From: a virus
Reading direction: 5' to 3' (one strand)
DNA: 64,000 bases
IMG/VR virus record: IMGVR_UViG_3300004481_000068
Numbering within the stretch: position 1 is the first letter of the stretch; the number at the start of each line of letters is the position of its first letter. Position numbers and translations under genes: made by a program. This document shows positions 1-11,508 of this stretch, piece by piece. The notes under the pieces were generated by a model, which was given only the letters and a program-made list of their open reading frames with translations, was not told the origin of the DNA and did no database searches.

Positions 1-194
1 ATGTTTAGATCTCCTTACTTCAATCTTTCTGACTGCTAGTGGCCGTCCACTCGGACCTCTATAAGTCAAAAGTTTTGAGTCTTTCTTTAGTTTTTGAAGT
101 TTTTTCTTGCAATAATTCTCAAAATCAGGGTCTTCATTACAGTCGTACTCTCGCCAGACTTTTAATGCACTCTTGAAATTAGAATATGTTAGCA

Positions 195-3100
195 TTATTT
201 GTATTGTCGACTATTAAGTATATTGTCGATATATTGTTTATTTTCATCATATTTTTTGTTAAATCTAGCTATAGTAGCTTCAGTTATTTTTCTATTTAAT
301 TCTTCACCTTGTTCTTTTGATGGTTGTTTGCAAGGAGGATTACAAGTACATGGAAAGATTGAGTAATGACCACATTTTTTGTTATACTTCATTGCGTCAA
401 GAACAAATTTGTATGCTTGTTCATCGCCAAGAGCAGCTTTAAATATTATGCATTGGCTAAGCGGTTGACTCATTTGGTCATTCCTTTAAAAACTTTGCCT
501 ATCCTAATTTCTTTCTCGAAAGCTGCTACTATGGATTGTAATTCAACTAATAGTTTCCGAAAGATGTCGAAGTGAACGTCTGATATTGGAATCTTATCAG
601 CACGCTTATCGTACTTACTCTCTAGGAGTTTTTTAGCTGATTGTAGAGCGTCGACCTGTTTGAAAGATAATCTACTCATTTTCCCTCAAAATTGATAGTA
701 CAGTTAGATAGTTTGTGGTTGGGTAAGTATTCTTCCCAGCCTATTCTTATGAAACTGAATGGTAAATGAATTTCTATGTTTGGTAGTGAGACGCAGATGT
801 GGAAGCCAAGACTAATACAATCCCAGCCCACAAAGTGGAAGTGACAAATAAATCTTTTTGGAAGATTTTTTATGAATACTGATTTTGATGTTTGTATGAC
901 TTTAAACATATTTATAGACGTTTTTCTGCTATTTCTCGTTTAATCCACGATTCGAAATCGAGACAACCAGTTAAGTCTCTAGATGGATGAGACATGCCGG
1001 GCGGAACATTGTAAAAATATTTGTAATTTAGGTACGATTGATATATTTCTTTCGCATTATGTTCCTTCTTAAGGAAGAGGCCGAAGCTAAGTATTGCCGT
1101 AACGATAAGTATAAGAAATAATATCCACAAAGGAATAAACATTGTTAAGTCTCTGTTAGTTTAGGATTTTTTGAGCTTTAGTTGCTGTGATTATTTTTCT
1201 GTTTAGTTTGACGTATTTGAATTGTTTTGGTAGGCCGTTTGATATCACGCATACGACAGATTCTTTCTTGTTATGAAAACTACACTTTCCTGTAATAATA
1301 TCTATATAGAAGTCTTCAACAATGCCTGTTGGAGGAGTACAACAACGTAGTAATTTTTTATTAGGGTTTGCCCACATAAAGTTAGCAAGTTTTCCGTTAG
1401 AGAGTAAGAAGATAGCTCCGGGCCATATTCGTACTTGTTTGCAGAGAACAACGCTAGGAGTTGCGTCGACTATTTTCATCGTTTTCTTCTTCTAGTTTGA
1501 AGTCAACAATGCCTATTTCACCGCCGTTTGGCTGTGGGATTCTTGTCCATTTTATGATAGAGGGACTGATTTTAGCGGTTACTTCTTCATTGGTTAGCAT
1601 CATAGAGTATGACCTTTTTTTCGATTGTCCACGATAGTGATTTGTAAGGTTATGCCAGATTTTTGTTCAAAGCCGACGACGTTGCCCCATGAGTTCATAG
1701 TTCTGATAGGGTCTAAGTTTCGATGTTCGGTCATGTTGATATTGAATAGATGATAGTTTGAGTTATTGATATTTTTTCGGTATGATTTTAGGACCTTAAT
1801 ACAGTGATCAATACAATTTCTTAGGTCTGCTGATTTAGTTGGATCTGGTTTTAAATTAGATTTTTTTTTCAGCATATTTCTCCTTTATCAGCTCAGTTCA
1901 ACGAGAGATCACGTCGGCTCTAACGTCACACTCGGAAGTCTGGGGAGTTAACCTCTTATGACGTTCGTATGTGCAATGATCGCTATAGTGATTACAATGA
2001 TAAAGCTTATCGTAAGAATAGTAAAGATAATGAAATGTTTCATATTTAACGCTCATTAACACCAATCAGGTATCAGCATATCACCTACATAATTATTTCC
2101 CGTCGGAGATAAAATTATCGGAATATCCTCGCGACAACGTATAGACAAATATCCTAAATTGTAATTTTCTAATTCTTTTTTTGTTGTACAAATAGTTAAT
2201 ATGCCTTCTGGCACAGATTTACATAGCCTGAACCAATTATCCAAAGTAAGCATAAACAACCTTACAGGCTTTCGTTCCCTTTCGGCAGTAAATGCTGTTT
2301 CAAGCAGTTTGACATAGAAGTTATTTTTCATTTCCCTCTCCGTTTATACTAGACGACAATTATGGTAACAAAAGTGTAAAAAGTTCTTTAATTTTATGCC
2401 ATATTCTGCTTAGAGTATTGCCTCTTTTAAAGAATTTGCATCGAGCTTTTCCGTATGTTTCGCACAGTTCAACACAAGGTTCAGGACAACTATAAAAGTC
2501 TGTGTCATGACCATGATATATGCCAGAGTATGTAGATGATTTATTGAGTGCGCATAAATTGCTGTGAAAGCAATGTAAGTGAATACAGTGATGTTTATGA
2601 ATTTCTCCGTCAATTTTCATAGATTTCATTTGTTCTGATTCTACACAACGTGTAGGTTTAGTAAAGAGTAATGGGAATACGTGAGCGTGTTTCATGTTTC
2701 CTTTCTTTTTCCGATAATGTTATTCCATATTTTGTCTTGTTCAGCATGACACACTAAGCAAGTGATTTTTACTTTGTGGTTTTCTGGATAGTGTCCGTGT
2801 TTTTTCTTATAATCAAGTCTGTACTTTTTTAATTTATTGTTCTTGCGTGACTGCCAATAGACATAGCCCCAGCGATGCATACCGGAATGTCTCAAATATT
2901 CACAGCATTGAACTCGTTTTTTAGTATGTATTGCTAGACAACGTTTCATCTAAAGTTTCCGCGGATTTCTAAATACATGTTTCATGTCCCATTTAGCCCA
3001 TTTAAATTTTGTGGGACACCAACCGTGTACTGCGTTATGTTCGCCTTTTCGTTTGCCACACTTACTACAAATGATATCTTTATTATCGAGAGTCATAAAA

Positions 3101-6100
3101 AATGGTTTTTTTCTGACATTTTGAGACGTATTCTCTGAAAGAACGATCCCTGTAAATATTAATTTACTTTTGGCAGCTTTTTTGTGTGCTCTTTCAATTT
3201 CTCTTATGAAAGCGCCAACGTCCTTTTTATATTTAATTTTTATAGAAATTGTTTCTATTTTCCATCCTTCTTTTTTTGCCAACTCACGCATAGCATTTGC
3301 TAGATTTTGACCACTACAATTTTTGCGAGATTTAAATTCCAAGCAATAGCGAGGATCAGTTTCTTCATATGTTCTGTCAATATTTACACAGGGAAGACTA
3401 CAACGACCGTTTTGATTCTTATTTTTGCAGTCTTTTATGTTACAGATATTACTGCCTAATTGATTGTTATTTCTAGCTTCTATCATATTGATCTTTTCCA
3501 TTGACGAGTTGTGTCCGATAGTTTTGCTATTTCTCGTTTAGTTCTGATTAGTTCATTTTCAATTTCATATTTTTTAGCTACTAAGAATTGACGCGTTTGT
3601 CTTTTGTCGATAGTTTTTATTTTTTTGCCATGTATTTGTGATAATTTTGCGTTAGTTTCATTTAGTTCGATGACCAGGTCCCAACGCTTTGATTTTAGGA
3701 CTGTTAGTTCGTCCATCATTTTAAGTTTTTCAGCAGGATTCATTTCAGTTTCTCTGACTTGTACTTGTTGACATGCGTATACATCTTTAATTCTCGCGAT
3801 TTCTTTGTTGAGCTTTTTCTTTTAATCCTACCACAACCGCCTTTTCTTCCTGTAAAATGATGCTCATTAGGAGTATGTCCCATTGTTCTATGTTTTGACA
3901 TTCCTAGCGGATTAGCCATTTAACAAACCATTGCTTTGAATGTTTGATTGATGTCAGTGTTAGTTAGACTCTGTAAAGCACAACCAAAATTACAGAAGTA
4001 TTTTCGTTTGCCAGTTTTGTCATTTTCAATAAATGATACAGATTGTTTTCCTAAAAATTTTTTTATATTACTGAACGTGTGTTTACAAGGTTTTCCTGTG
4101 CGACAATTTTCACATTGCCATTGACGAAGTCTCTTTCTCATGCTTTTTATAGCTTTTTTATCTTGTTTTGTTAGCATGTCGACGTTGAAACGGTTGTCCA
4201 GCATAATAGATTATTTCAGTTTTTTTAGGTTTCTTTTTACGTTTGCAAGTTTTATTTAGAGCATCACATATTATTTGAGCGTGTTGAGTCGAGAAGGCGA
4301 TTGCTCTTTTGTTGCCCTTTAATTTATTATCGTAGATTAAATATCCGTTTACACCTTGGAAACAATATGTGTCACAAGTATATCGTTTAGGTTTGAGCAT
4401 TTGGTTTTCCTTAGTGATTATTTATTGTTTGAACAGCACTTTGTAATATCTTCTAAGAAATTTCGGTAATTTTTTTTGTTGTTGTTGCCATGATTGTTTT
4501 TTCTCGATTGTCAGTTCTTTTTCGGGTTCTAAACGCAAAAGTGATGCGCGGAGTTTAGACACATTAAGCACAACAACATTTTTGGATTTGTCTCGTCGTT
4601 GCCAAGCATTTTCTAAATCAACAACTAAAAGACCTGTGTCTTTAGCAATTTTTTGAAATTGCAGGCCGAGGTCTTTGCTGCTGTCAATGACTAATACCTG
4701 CGTCAGCTTTGGTCTTTGCATATATAAAGTCGGTTATCTTTTGCATTGTAAAGCTTGCATTTTTTGTTTAAGCAAAAGAAACTTGACCAAGCATAAGTTC
4801 CTTTTACTTTTAAAATCGATTGTACAAAAATATCGTGATATTTTCTATAGTCGTTTGAAAGACGAGTTATCATTCCGACTTCACCGTCAGAGTCTATTAC
4901 TTTCAATCCAATTTTCGCATTCTTACAAGTTACTCTTATTTTACTCATTTTCTTTTCATTGGTTGTTTTTTACTTTTTGACTGTTGATTTTCGTTAAGCA
5001 TTTTTTTCAACTGTCTGCGCCCTAGTATATGTTTGGCGATGTAAAGAGTATAAGTGTCAGACATAGCTTTGCCGTAATATTCTTTTTCGGCATCGCCAAG
5101 GTAGAGGTCGAATGCTGCAAGCGATCGTTGTAATTTTACAACTGCAGCGTCGCTTATTTCTTTCCAATCAAGAATGATTGTTGATACGAGTTTGCCGAGG
5201 TTAATGACCATAATATTTTCCTCATTCCATGGGAAGTGGATAGCCGTCTTCATCAAGGCCGTTATTAAAACGACTTACTTTTCCTACGATTTTTCCGTTT
5301 TTTCTGACAACGACCATACTCTTGTTGTTAGGGTCATCCTCAGTAGTAACGCCTGTTTGCTTATTTTCTGTGAGATATTTCATATTACTTTTTTGTATCA
5401 AGAACTTGACCTAATTTATTCATGTCTTCATTTAATGAGTCAATGATCATTGGAACAAATGCACTGTCACTGCCGTGTCTATAACATTCAGGTGTAGAAT
5501 AATATCTCGCTATCATGTATAACCAATTAACGCATAGGCTATACTTTGCTTCAGTTTCTGTTTTTCCGCGTCCGACAATGGGCATTCCGGGTAATGCTGT
5601 TGGGTCAGCTCGAAATTCATCACCGTGTTTACTTACAGTGATTTTTAGAGCTTTTTCTATGTTTGGTAGATGATAATTTGGTAATGAATCAACTTGTTTT
5701 TTGAACTTTATGACTTTTCTATATGTCATGATAATGCTATAACCAAGAGCAATACTGAGGCTGCATAGAATAGCCATTTCTAAATGACACAACCATATAC
5801 TATACATACTATCTTTCTCCGTGAATTATACTCGTGATAATGACTGCACCAATAGCAACAAATGCGAACCATAAAAACCAAAATATTTTCCGTTTACTCA
5901 TAGGTAAATATCTTCCATTGATTGAATGTTGTCCAAGTAGCCCTTCCTTATACTTTCTCCACGATTATCTTCCCCTAACGCATGTTTTTTCGACATTTGT
6001 CTCTTGAAGTCTTGTAATGCAACATGTACAGTCATCTTCTGGCCGTTAGTTAGTTCTACACCGTTTATGGAAATTTTCATGTCTTCGAGGTGGCTCATTT

Positions 6101-6573
6101 TTTATCTTCGAATTCGGAAAAAGTGTTGAGTAATAGTTTGTGTTGTTCGATTCGATGGAGTTCAAACGTTGTTTGAAAATAGGCTCTTATTTGATGACCT
6201 TCAAGTTCAGTTATTCCGAATTTTTCGGGATTATCATCAAAAAGGTGATTACCTGCAAGGCAAGCAAGATTATCTACAGTTATGTCTTGATTGTCAATTC
6301 CGGATGATTTGAAACCGATCAATAGAGTTCTGTCTTTTTGAAATGCCTGAAGAACTTTTCTTAATCCGATTTCTATTTCTTGCAAGTTCATCGGAATAGT
6401 CTCATAGGTTTGAGTAGTGGTTTATCTTCGATTTTTGTAGCGAACAAGCTATAACCGCCTCTTTCACTTGGAGGTATTTGGTTGATTGCACTATTCTCGT
6501 CGGCAGCTTCTATGACATAAATCTGCTGAACAACTTTTGTAAACGATGTCAGTACAACAACGACCCATTTCAT
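195..6573 (-). other. Block of about 25 short, tightly packed hypothetical ORFs (phage accessory/early-type region)
   Basis: ORF track shows co-oriented 60-185 aa minus-strand ORFs with abutting or overlapping stops and starts; no family recognised. Confidence 0.7.
1894..1935. repeat. 42-nt intergenic element, copy 1 (possible structured RNA or DNA site)
   Basis: CAGTTCAACGAGAGATCACGTCGGCTCTAACGTCACACTCGG; 38/42 identical to 15853-15894; lies just upstream of ORF 1600..1875(-). Confidence 0.8.
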
Positions 6574-6623
6574 AGAATTTACCCTAGTCTAGCCATAGTA
6601 ATAATCATGTTTATTGCTATAGT

Positions 6624-6660
6624 AAAAAAAATTGGGAAGGAATTGTTAGTTCCTTCCCAA
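6624..6660 (-). terminator. Rho-independent terminator
   Basis: TTGGGAAGGAA (6632-6642) / TTCCTTCCCAA (6650-6660) 11-bp stem, followed on the minus strand by a T8 tract, just after ORF 6670..7275. Confidence 0.8.
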
Positions 6661-6669
6661 GGTTAATGT

Positions 6670-7275
6670 TTAAGCAGATGCATTGACTTTGTCATCAATG
6701 TGTCGGCCTTGTAAGTACATCATGTTGTTGATCTCAACCGTGGATATACCAGTGAATTCTGACATCTCATTGGTAATGTGTTGTAAGAATACATGATCAG
6801 AGTAGTCAGGCGATGTTGGTATATTGTGAGGTTTGGTTTTGATTTTGACGTTGACGTATTTTACGACTTCAGAGCCGTAAGGTAAGAGTCCCTTATACTC
6901 TTTGGCCTGTTTCGGATGATGCATCAGGAAGTGTTTTAGCGGAAATAGCGTAGACCAGCACGGCTGGATGAGTGAGAATTCCTCAAGTTGCAGCGTTGTA
7001 GGATCGCGGTGAGTTGCGATGTAGTATGCGCGATTGTCAGTCGCGAGTAGGCCTGCACGTTTCCTGAAGATAGACACATCCTGAGGTGCCATTTTGAGTT
7101 GGTTCATATCGTCAGGGTGCTGACGCTTTGTGAAAGCATCGACAGCCGCTGCGAAGTCGAATGTCGGCAATGGAATTCTGGGATGTGCAAAATAGTGAAT
7201 CAGGTTATCGCCGATGCCGTAGTCGTATTGGTTGAAATCGGCATGAAGATTGAAAAGACTGTGAAGATTAATCAT
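6670..7275 (-). CDS. Hypothetical protein (GC-shifted, own terminator)
   Basis: 201-aa ORF with SD-like GAAAGGCGG; visibly more G+C than its flanks. Confidence 0.7.
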   Translation of the reverse strand: MINLHSLFNLHADFNQYDYGIGDNLIHYFAHPRIPLPTFDFAAAVDAFTKRQHPDDMNQLKMAPQDVSIFRKRAGLLATDNRAYYIATHRDPTTLQLEEFSLIQPCWSTLFPLKHFLMHHPKQAKEYKGLLPYGSEVVKYVNVKIKTKPHNIPTSPDYSDHVFLQHITNEMSEFTGISTVEINNMMYLQGRHIDDKVNASA

Positions 7276-7689
7276 TGCGAACCGCCTTTCAGTGTTGAAG
7301 TTTCGTTTCTGTTAACAGAATCGATATCCAGTCGGTAAACCAACGGGATATTACGTAGAACACATCAAGTTACATCATGGTGTCCTCCTTTTGTTTATAG
7401 TCAAAGAACGATGGTTAAATAATCATGTTGATTGTCATAGCATTGCGTTTTGGCTATGCGATAGTTGTTTTATATTTTAGCCAAATATATGACTATTATG
7501 ATAATAGTGATTTTATTGTGGTTAGTAATAGGTTGGTTTGCAGTGACTTATTGGCATCAAAAGTATGAAGATACATCGGTCGTGTGGTGGTTGATGATAC
7601 TTGGGCCTATTGTTTTTATCATATTGTTACGTGTTAAAGACATCTATAAGAAGAACGATATAGAAGATCGAGAAAATAAAGGAATCTAA

Positions 7690-8772
7690 ATGGACTATTC
7701 AAAATATTTAATAGCGACTCCTCAAGATCATGCTGGGGAGTATTATGTGTTAAGGATACCGAAAGAACTAACTCCGCCAAAAGAGAAAGATGATATAACT
7801 ATTAACGGTGTTGACTTAGTAGTATTTGATGTTAGTACTCCAGAGGAAATTGGCAAGGGTCGCGGAGGGCCAGTAGCTAAGTCGATGATAGCAGATGGTA
7901 TTGGTTGGGATGTTAATTGTTTACCAAAAGGTCATAAATATTTAAACGTCGATATTGGAGGAAAACCAATGAAGCATTTAACTGCGATTCAAACTGAGTT
8001 TTTTAAAGAAGCTGCTAAATGGCAAGATCTCTCTCGTGAAACACAAAGAACTTATTTAAAAGAACATCCTAAATCTAAAAGACGGTTAACTTCACAACCT
8101 GAAGGTTTTGCGCCTGCAGGAAAAGAGAGAGAAGAATTTGGAAAGGGTGAATTAGCTGCTGATGCAGGCCACGAGACAACACCTGATACTAAACGCGTTA
8201 AGATATTTCTCAAAAAATTAAAAAGTAGATTAGAACGACGGCTAGAGTTATTAGATACAATACAGCAAAAGTCACCTGATGAGTATGAGAAGCAAGAAGA
8301 AGTAGATGAAGATATTGAAATGGTAGGTCGAGCAGTTCAGCATGTTGAGAATGTATTAGAATTAGTGGATAAGCAAGAGTTTAATTTGACTATAGATGAC
8401 ATGTCAGCGATGTTGGAAAAATTTGAGAAACCAGAGGTTCAGTCAGACAAGGAAGATAAGACACGAGTTACTAAGCCCGAAGAAGATTTGCGTAATAAAA
8501 ATGTTATTGCGAAAATATTTGCTCCTGATAAGATATTTAATTTTAAAGTTCGAGATAAAGTCGTATCTTTTGTGATTGATGATGCTAAAAGTCGTAAACA
8601 CAAAATGGAAATTACAATCTGGCCGAGCGGACAGACTAGTATGTTTGTGCCTAATCATAAGTATATGACAAAGGGAATACTTTCAGGATCTGATTTGGCA
8701 AATGCTATGAAAGATTGGAAGACTAAAATTCCGTCAGAGTCAAAGTGGAGTGAAGTTTTAAACATTAGTTAA
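7690..8772 (+). CDS. Hypothetical protein with internal leader-motif start at 7969
   Basis: 360 aa; residue 94 onward is MKHLTAIQTEFFKEAAKWQDLSRETQRTYLKEHPKSKRRLT, preceded by GGAGG at 7957-7961. Confidence 0.75.
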   Translation: MDYSKYLIATPQDHAGEYYVLRIPKELTPPKEKDDITINGVDLVVFDVSTPEEIGKGRGGPVAKSMIADGIGWDVNCLPKGHKYLNVDIGGKPMKHLTAIQTEFFKEAAKWQDLSRETQRTYLKEHPKSKRRLTSQPEGFAPAGKEREEFGKGELAADAGHETTPDTKRVKIFLKKLKSRLERRLELLDTIQQKSPDEYEKQEEVDEDIEMVGRAVQHVENVLELVDKQEFNLTIDDMSAMLEKFEKPEVQSDKEDKTRVTKPEEDLRNKNVIAKIFAPDKIFNFKVRDKVVSFVIDDAKSRKHKMEITIWPSGQTSMFVPNHKYMTKGILSGSDLANAMKDWKTKIPSESKWSEVLNIS

Positions 8773-8781
8773 GGTAAACAT

Positions 8782-9135
8782 ATGATAACAATATCTAAAA
8801 TAGATAATTCGCCTATTACTATAATGCGAGATGACCTGCCAATAACTTGTCGCACATTAGTATTTGAGGTAGGAATTGAAAAGTCTACAATATTAGTGAT
8901 TGACGGTGAAGAGATAGATGATAATGAAATTCTAGTTAATTTGTTGTTTGAAAATATGTCTTTGGAAGGAAAGTTAGGTGAACACTTAGTGATTCATAGT
9001 TTTGGACGAAGAATGGCATCAGTACAATTTGTGCGATTTGAAGTTAATACTGATGCAAAACCAAAGTTGTTTTTAGAAATGTTTTTATGTGACAGTGACG
9101 ATTATAAGCGGGCTGCTGAGATATCACAGGCTTAG
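8782..9135 (+). CDS. Hypothetical protein
   Basis: 117-aa ORF, SD AAGG, co-oriented with neighbours. Confidence 0.6.
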   Translation: MITISKIDNSPITIMRDDLPITCRTLVFEVGIEKSTILVIDGEEIDDNEILVNLLFENMSLEGKLGEHLVIHSFGRRMASVQFVRFEVNTDAKPKLFLEMFLCDSDDYKRAAEISQA

Positions 9136-9143
9136 GAGAGAAT

Positions 9144-9545
9144 ATGAAACACATTGGTCAAATTCAGACAGAATTCTTGAAAACAGCTGCTGGGTGGAAA
9201 GATTGGTCTGCAGAGGCTCAGCGAGAATATTTAAAAGAACATCCAAAATCTAAACGTAGATTTACGGTTAAGAAAGTACCGGAAGCTATTAAAGCCACAA
9301 TCTTAGGTGAACGACGAATAACGATTAAATCTCCGAACTCAATAAAACAGGTATTGGTTGGTGAAGAAGAAGCTATGATATTTTTTCATGGTAACATGGA
9401 ATTGCTGACAGATTTGCAAGGTAAAGATGTAAGAGTTGGAGATGAAATTATCACAGTTCCAGAAGTTAGATCTGGGAAGCCGATTTCTTTACACGACAGA
9501 CCTCGTGATCCTTACAGAAATTTTAAAAAGAAGAACCCTCACTAA
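9144..9545 (+). CDS. Leader-motif protein (putative head-packaged protein)
   Basis: MKHIGQIQTEFLKTAAGWKDWSAEAQREYLKEHPKSKRRF; SD AGGAG. Confidence 0.75.
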   Translation: MKHIGQIQTEFLKTAAGWKDWSAEAQREYLKEHPKSKRRFTVKKVPEAIKATILGERRITIKSPNSIKQVLVGEEEAMIFFHGNMELLTDLQGKDVRVGDEIITVPEVRSGKPISLHDRPRDPYRNFKKKNPH

Positions 9546-9546
9546 A

Positions 9547-9795
9547 ATGAAATACTTAGCTGCAATCCAATCTGAATTTTTGAAAACAGCTCGAGAACAG
9601 CCTTATAAGAAGATCACGTTTGAGATTACAGAAGATGCTAGTAATGAAATTGTCAAGCTATTGGAATTTCTTGAACATTGCGGTAAGATAGGACATTCAC
9701 TCTCGATAATGGAGGGCATCAGGAAACCAGGCACGCAAAGTTTTGGCTTCGACGGTGACGGCTCTGCTAGGATAAGAAATATCTCAGTTAAATAA
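9547..9795 (+). CDS. Leader-motif protein (15-aa leader only)
   Basis: Start reassigned from 9436 to the ATG at 9547, just after the 9545 stop: MKYLAAIQSEFLKTAREQPY...FGFDGDG. Confidence 0.7.
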   Translation: MKYLAAIQSEFLKTAREQPYKKITFEITEDASNEIVKLLEFLEHCGKIGHSLSIMEGIRKPGTQSFGFDGDGSARIRNISVK

Positions 9796-9809
9796 ACTCG
9801 CCTCAATTT

Positions 9810-10523
9810 ATGAAAATAATGAATGATAATCTAATTCAAATAGCAGTAACATTCTGGAATAGATTTTCATCTAGATTGGACTGTCTTAAACGAGTATTTC
9901 ATTCTCTTGAAGAGAATATGAATTTTGGAAAGTATAGACATCAGTGGATAATATCATCAGAATCTGACAGATGCGAGAATAGAGAAGATGTAGAGACATT
10001 TTTTAAACAAAACAATATTATATATGCTTGGAAAGAAGGTAAAGCGTCTTTAGCTTCAAACCTTAATAATGTTTTAAAGATGTGTTCAGCTCCATTAATT
10101 ATTTATCTTCAGGATGATTGGGAATTAATACACAAGATTGATATAGAAAAAGATGCTGATTTTCTCTTATCTTCTCCTTATGATCTTATAAGATTAAGAT
10201 ATCATGATGCTGAAATAAATAAAATGAAATTAATTAATAAAGATTTACAACTATATGAGATAGAACATGCTGCTATAAATTTATATTCTGATCAGCCTCA
10301 TTTAAAAAAGTTATCATTTCATAATAATTTTGGTTATTTTCCTGAGAGTACATGGAGAGGTTATGATAGTGGTGACTGTGAAATTAAATTTAATGGAATG
10401 ATTCAAATGTCTTCAGCTAGACTATTATATAAAAACATAGGTTATAATATTTTTGCTCATATTTCAGAACAAACGACTTTAAAAGAAAAATGGGAAGGAT
10501 GGCATAAGTGCTATCCAAAGTAA
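9810..10523 (+). CDS. GT-A fold (GT2-like) glycosyltransferase
   Basis: IAVTFWNR start strand, IISSESD, IIYLQDDWEL (DxD-type motif). Confidence 0.55.
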   Translation: MKIMNDNLIQIAVTFWNRFSSRLDCLKRVFHSLEENMNFGKYRHQWIISSESDRCENREDVETFFKQNNIIYAWKEGKASLASNLNNVLKMCSAPLIIYLQDDWELIHKIDIEKDADFLLSSPYDLIRLRYHDAEINKMKLINKDLQLYEIEHAAINLYSDQPHLKKLSFHNNFGYFPESTWRGYDSGDCEIKFNGMIQMSSARLLYKNIGYNIFAHISEQTTLKEKWEGWHKCYPK

Positions 10524-11119
10524 ATTTTATAGGAGATTTATCGACGCAAGATGTCGAAATAATTAAAGACTATTCTTCAAAAGCTAAGAGAATATTAGAA
10601 TTTGGAGTAGGCGGATCGACACAAATTATGGCACAGATAGCTCCGACATCGACTGAAATCATATCAGTAGATAGCTCACCAGCATGGATAAATAAAACTA
10701 AAGAATTAATGAAATTATTAAAGATAGATAGACAAGTTGAGTTTCATCTTTATAAAAGCTGGAATAAAGAAATTAAGGGAAAGTTTGATTTAATATTCAA
10801 TGATGGTCAACCGGCATTAAGAGCTTCTTTCTTAAAAGATTCATGGGATATGTTAGATGTTGGTGGCTATATGTTGTTTCATGATACTAGAATGCCAGAA
10901 TATTTTAAAAATGTATATGTATTATTTGAAAATCCATTTTTAAATGATATTGAAGATATGTATTTTAATCAAAAAGACAGCAACATTACTGTTATTAAAA
11001 AGAAAATAAGAACTCGATATAAAAATTGGAATATTTTGGAGAAAAAAGAAAAATGGGAGATTTCTCAAGCAGAGATTCCAAGTATTTTACCTCAATGGTT
11101 TTGGGAGAAAAAGTACTAA
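10508..11119 (+). CDS. Class I SAM-dependent methyltransferase
   Basis: ILEFGVGGST motif I, ISVDSS, FDLIFNDG, LDVGGYMLFHD. Confidence 0.7.
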   Translation: MLSKVNFIGDLSTQDVEIIKDYSSKAKRILEFGVGGSTQIMAQIAPTSTEIISVDSSPAWINKTKELMKLLKIDRQVEFHLYKSWNKEIKGKFDLIFNDGQPALRASFLKDSWDMLDVGGYMLFHDTRMPEYFKNVYVLFENPFLNDIEDMYFNQKDSNITVIKKKIRTRYKNWNILEKKEKWEISQAEIPSILPQWFWEKKY

Positions 11120-11431
11120 ATGAAACTCACACAATTAGATCCTCAGTTTTTAAAAACAGCAGATAATCACTCGCTTAAGTATATTGACGACATATTACAG
11201 GCTGACGGTATATTATTCTTATGTCCAAAATGCTTTGAAAACAATAATGGTGCTATTGGCACTCATTCAATAATATGTTGGAAGCCACATGTGCCACAGA
11301 CGACAGTACCTACAGGCGGAAGATGGACGTTTGAAGGAACTAGTTACGCGAATTTAACATTGTCACCATCTATCTTAATAAAAGATTGCTGCTGCGCGCA
11401 TTTCTTCATTAGGAACGGTGAGATTGTATAA
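11120..11431 (+). CDS. Cys/His-rich DUF6527-like protein
   Basis: FLCPKC...HSIICW...RWTFEG...LTLSPSIL...CCAHFFIRNGEI pattern recalled from that family. Confidence 0.55.
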   Translation: MKLTQLDPQFLKTADNHSLKYIDDILQADGILFLCPKCFENNNGAIGTHSIICWKPHVPQTTVPTGGRWTFEGTSYANLTLSPSILIKDCCCAHFFIRNGEIV

Positions 11432-11508
11432 AATCGAATTTAGAGCGTAATGTCTCACCCATTATACTTACTAATATCATCAATAATTCTCTCTACATCC
11501 CATCAATA

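Noticed and set aside
11120-11161. MKLTQLDPQFLKTA resembles the leader (FLKTA)
   Set aside because: 14 rather than 15 residues, lacks H3/I7/Q8, contains a helix-breaking Pro, and fits the native start of the DUF6527-like domain; not counted
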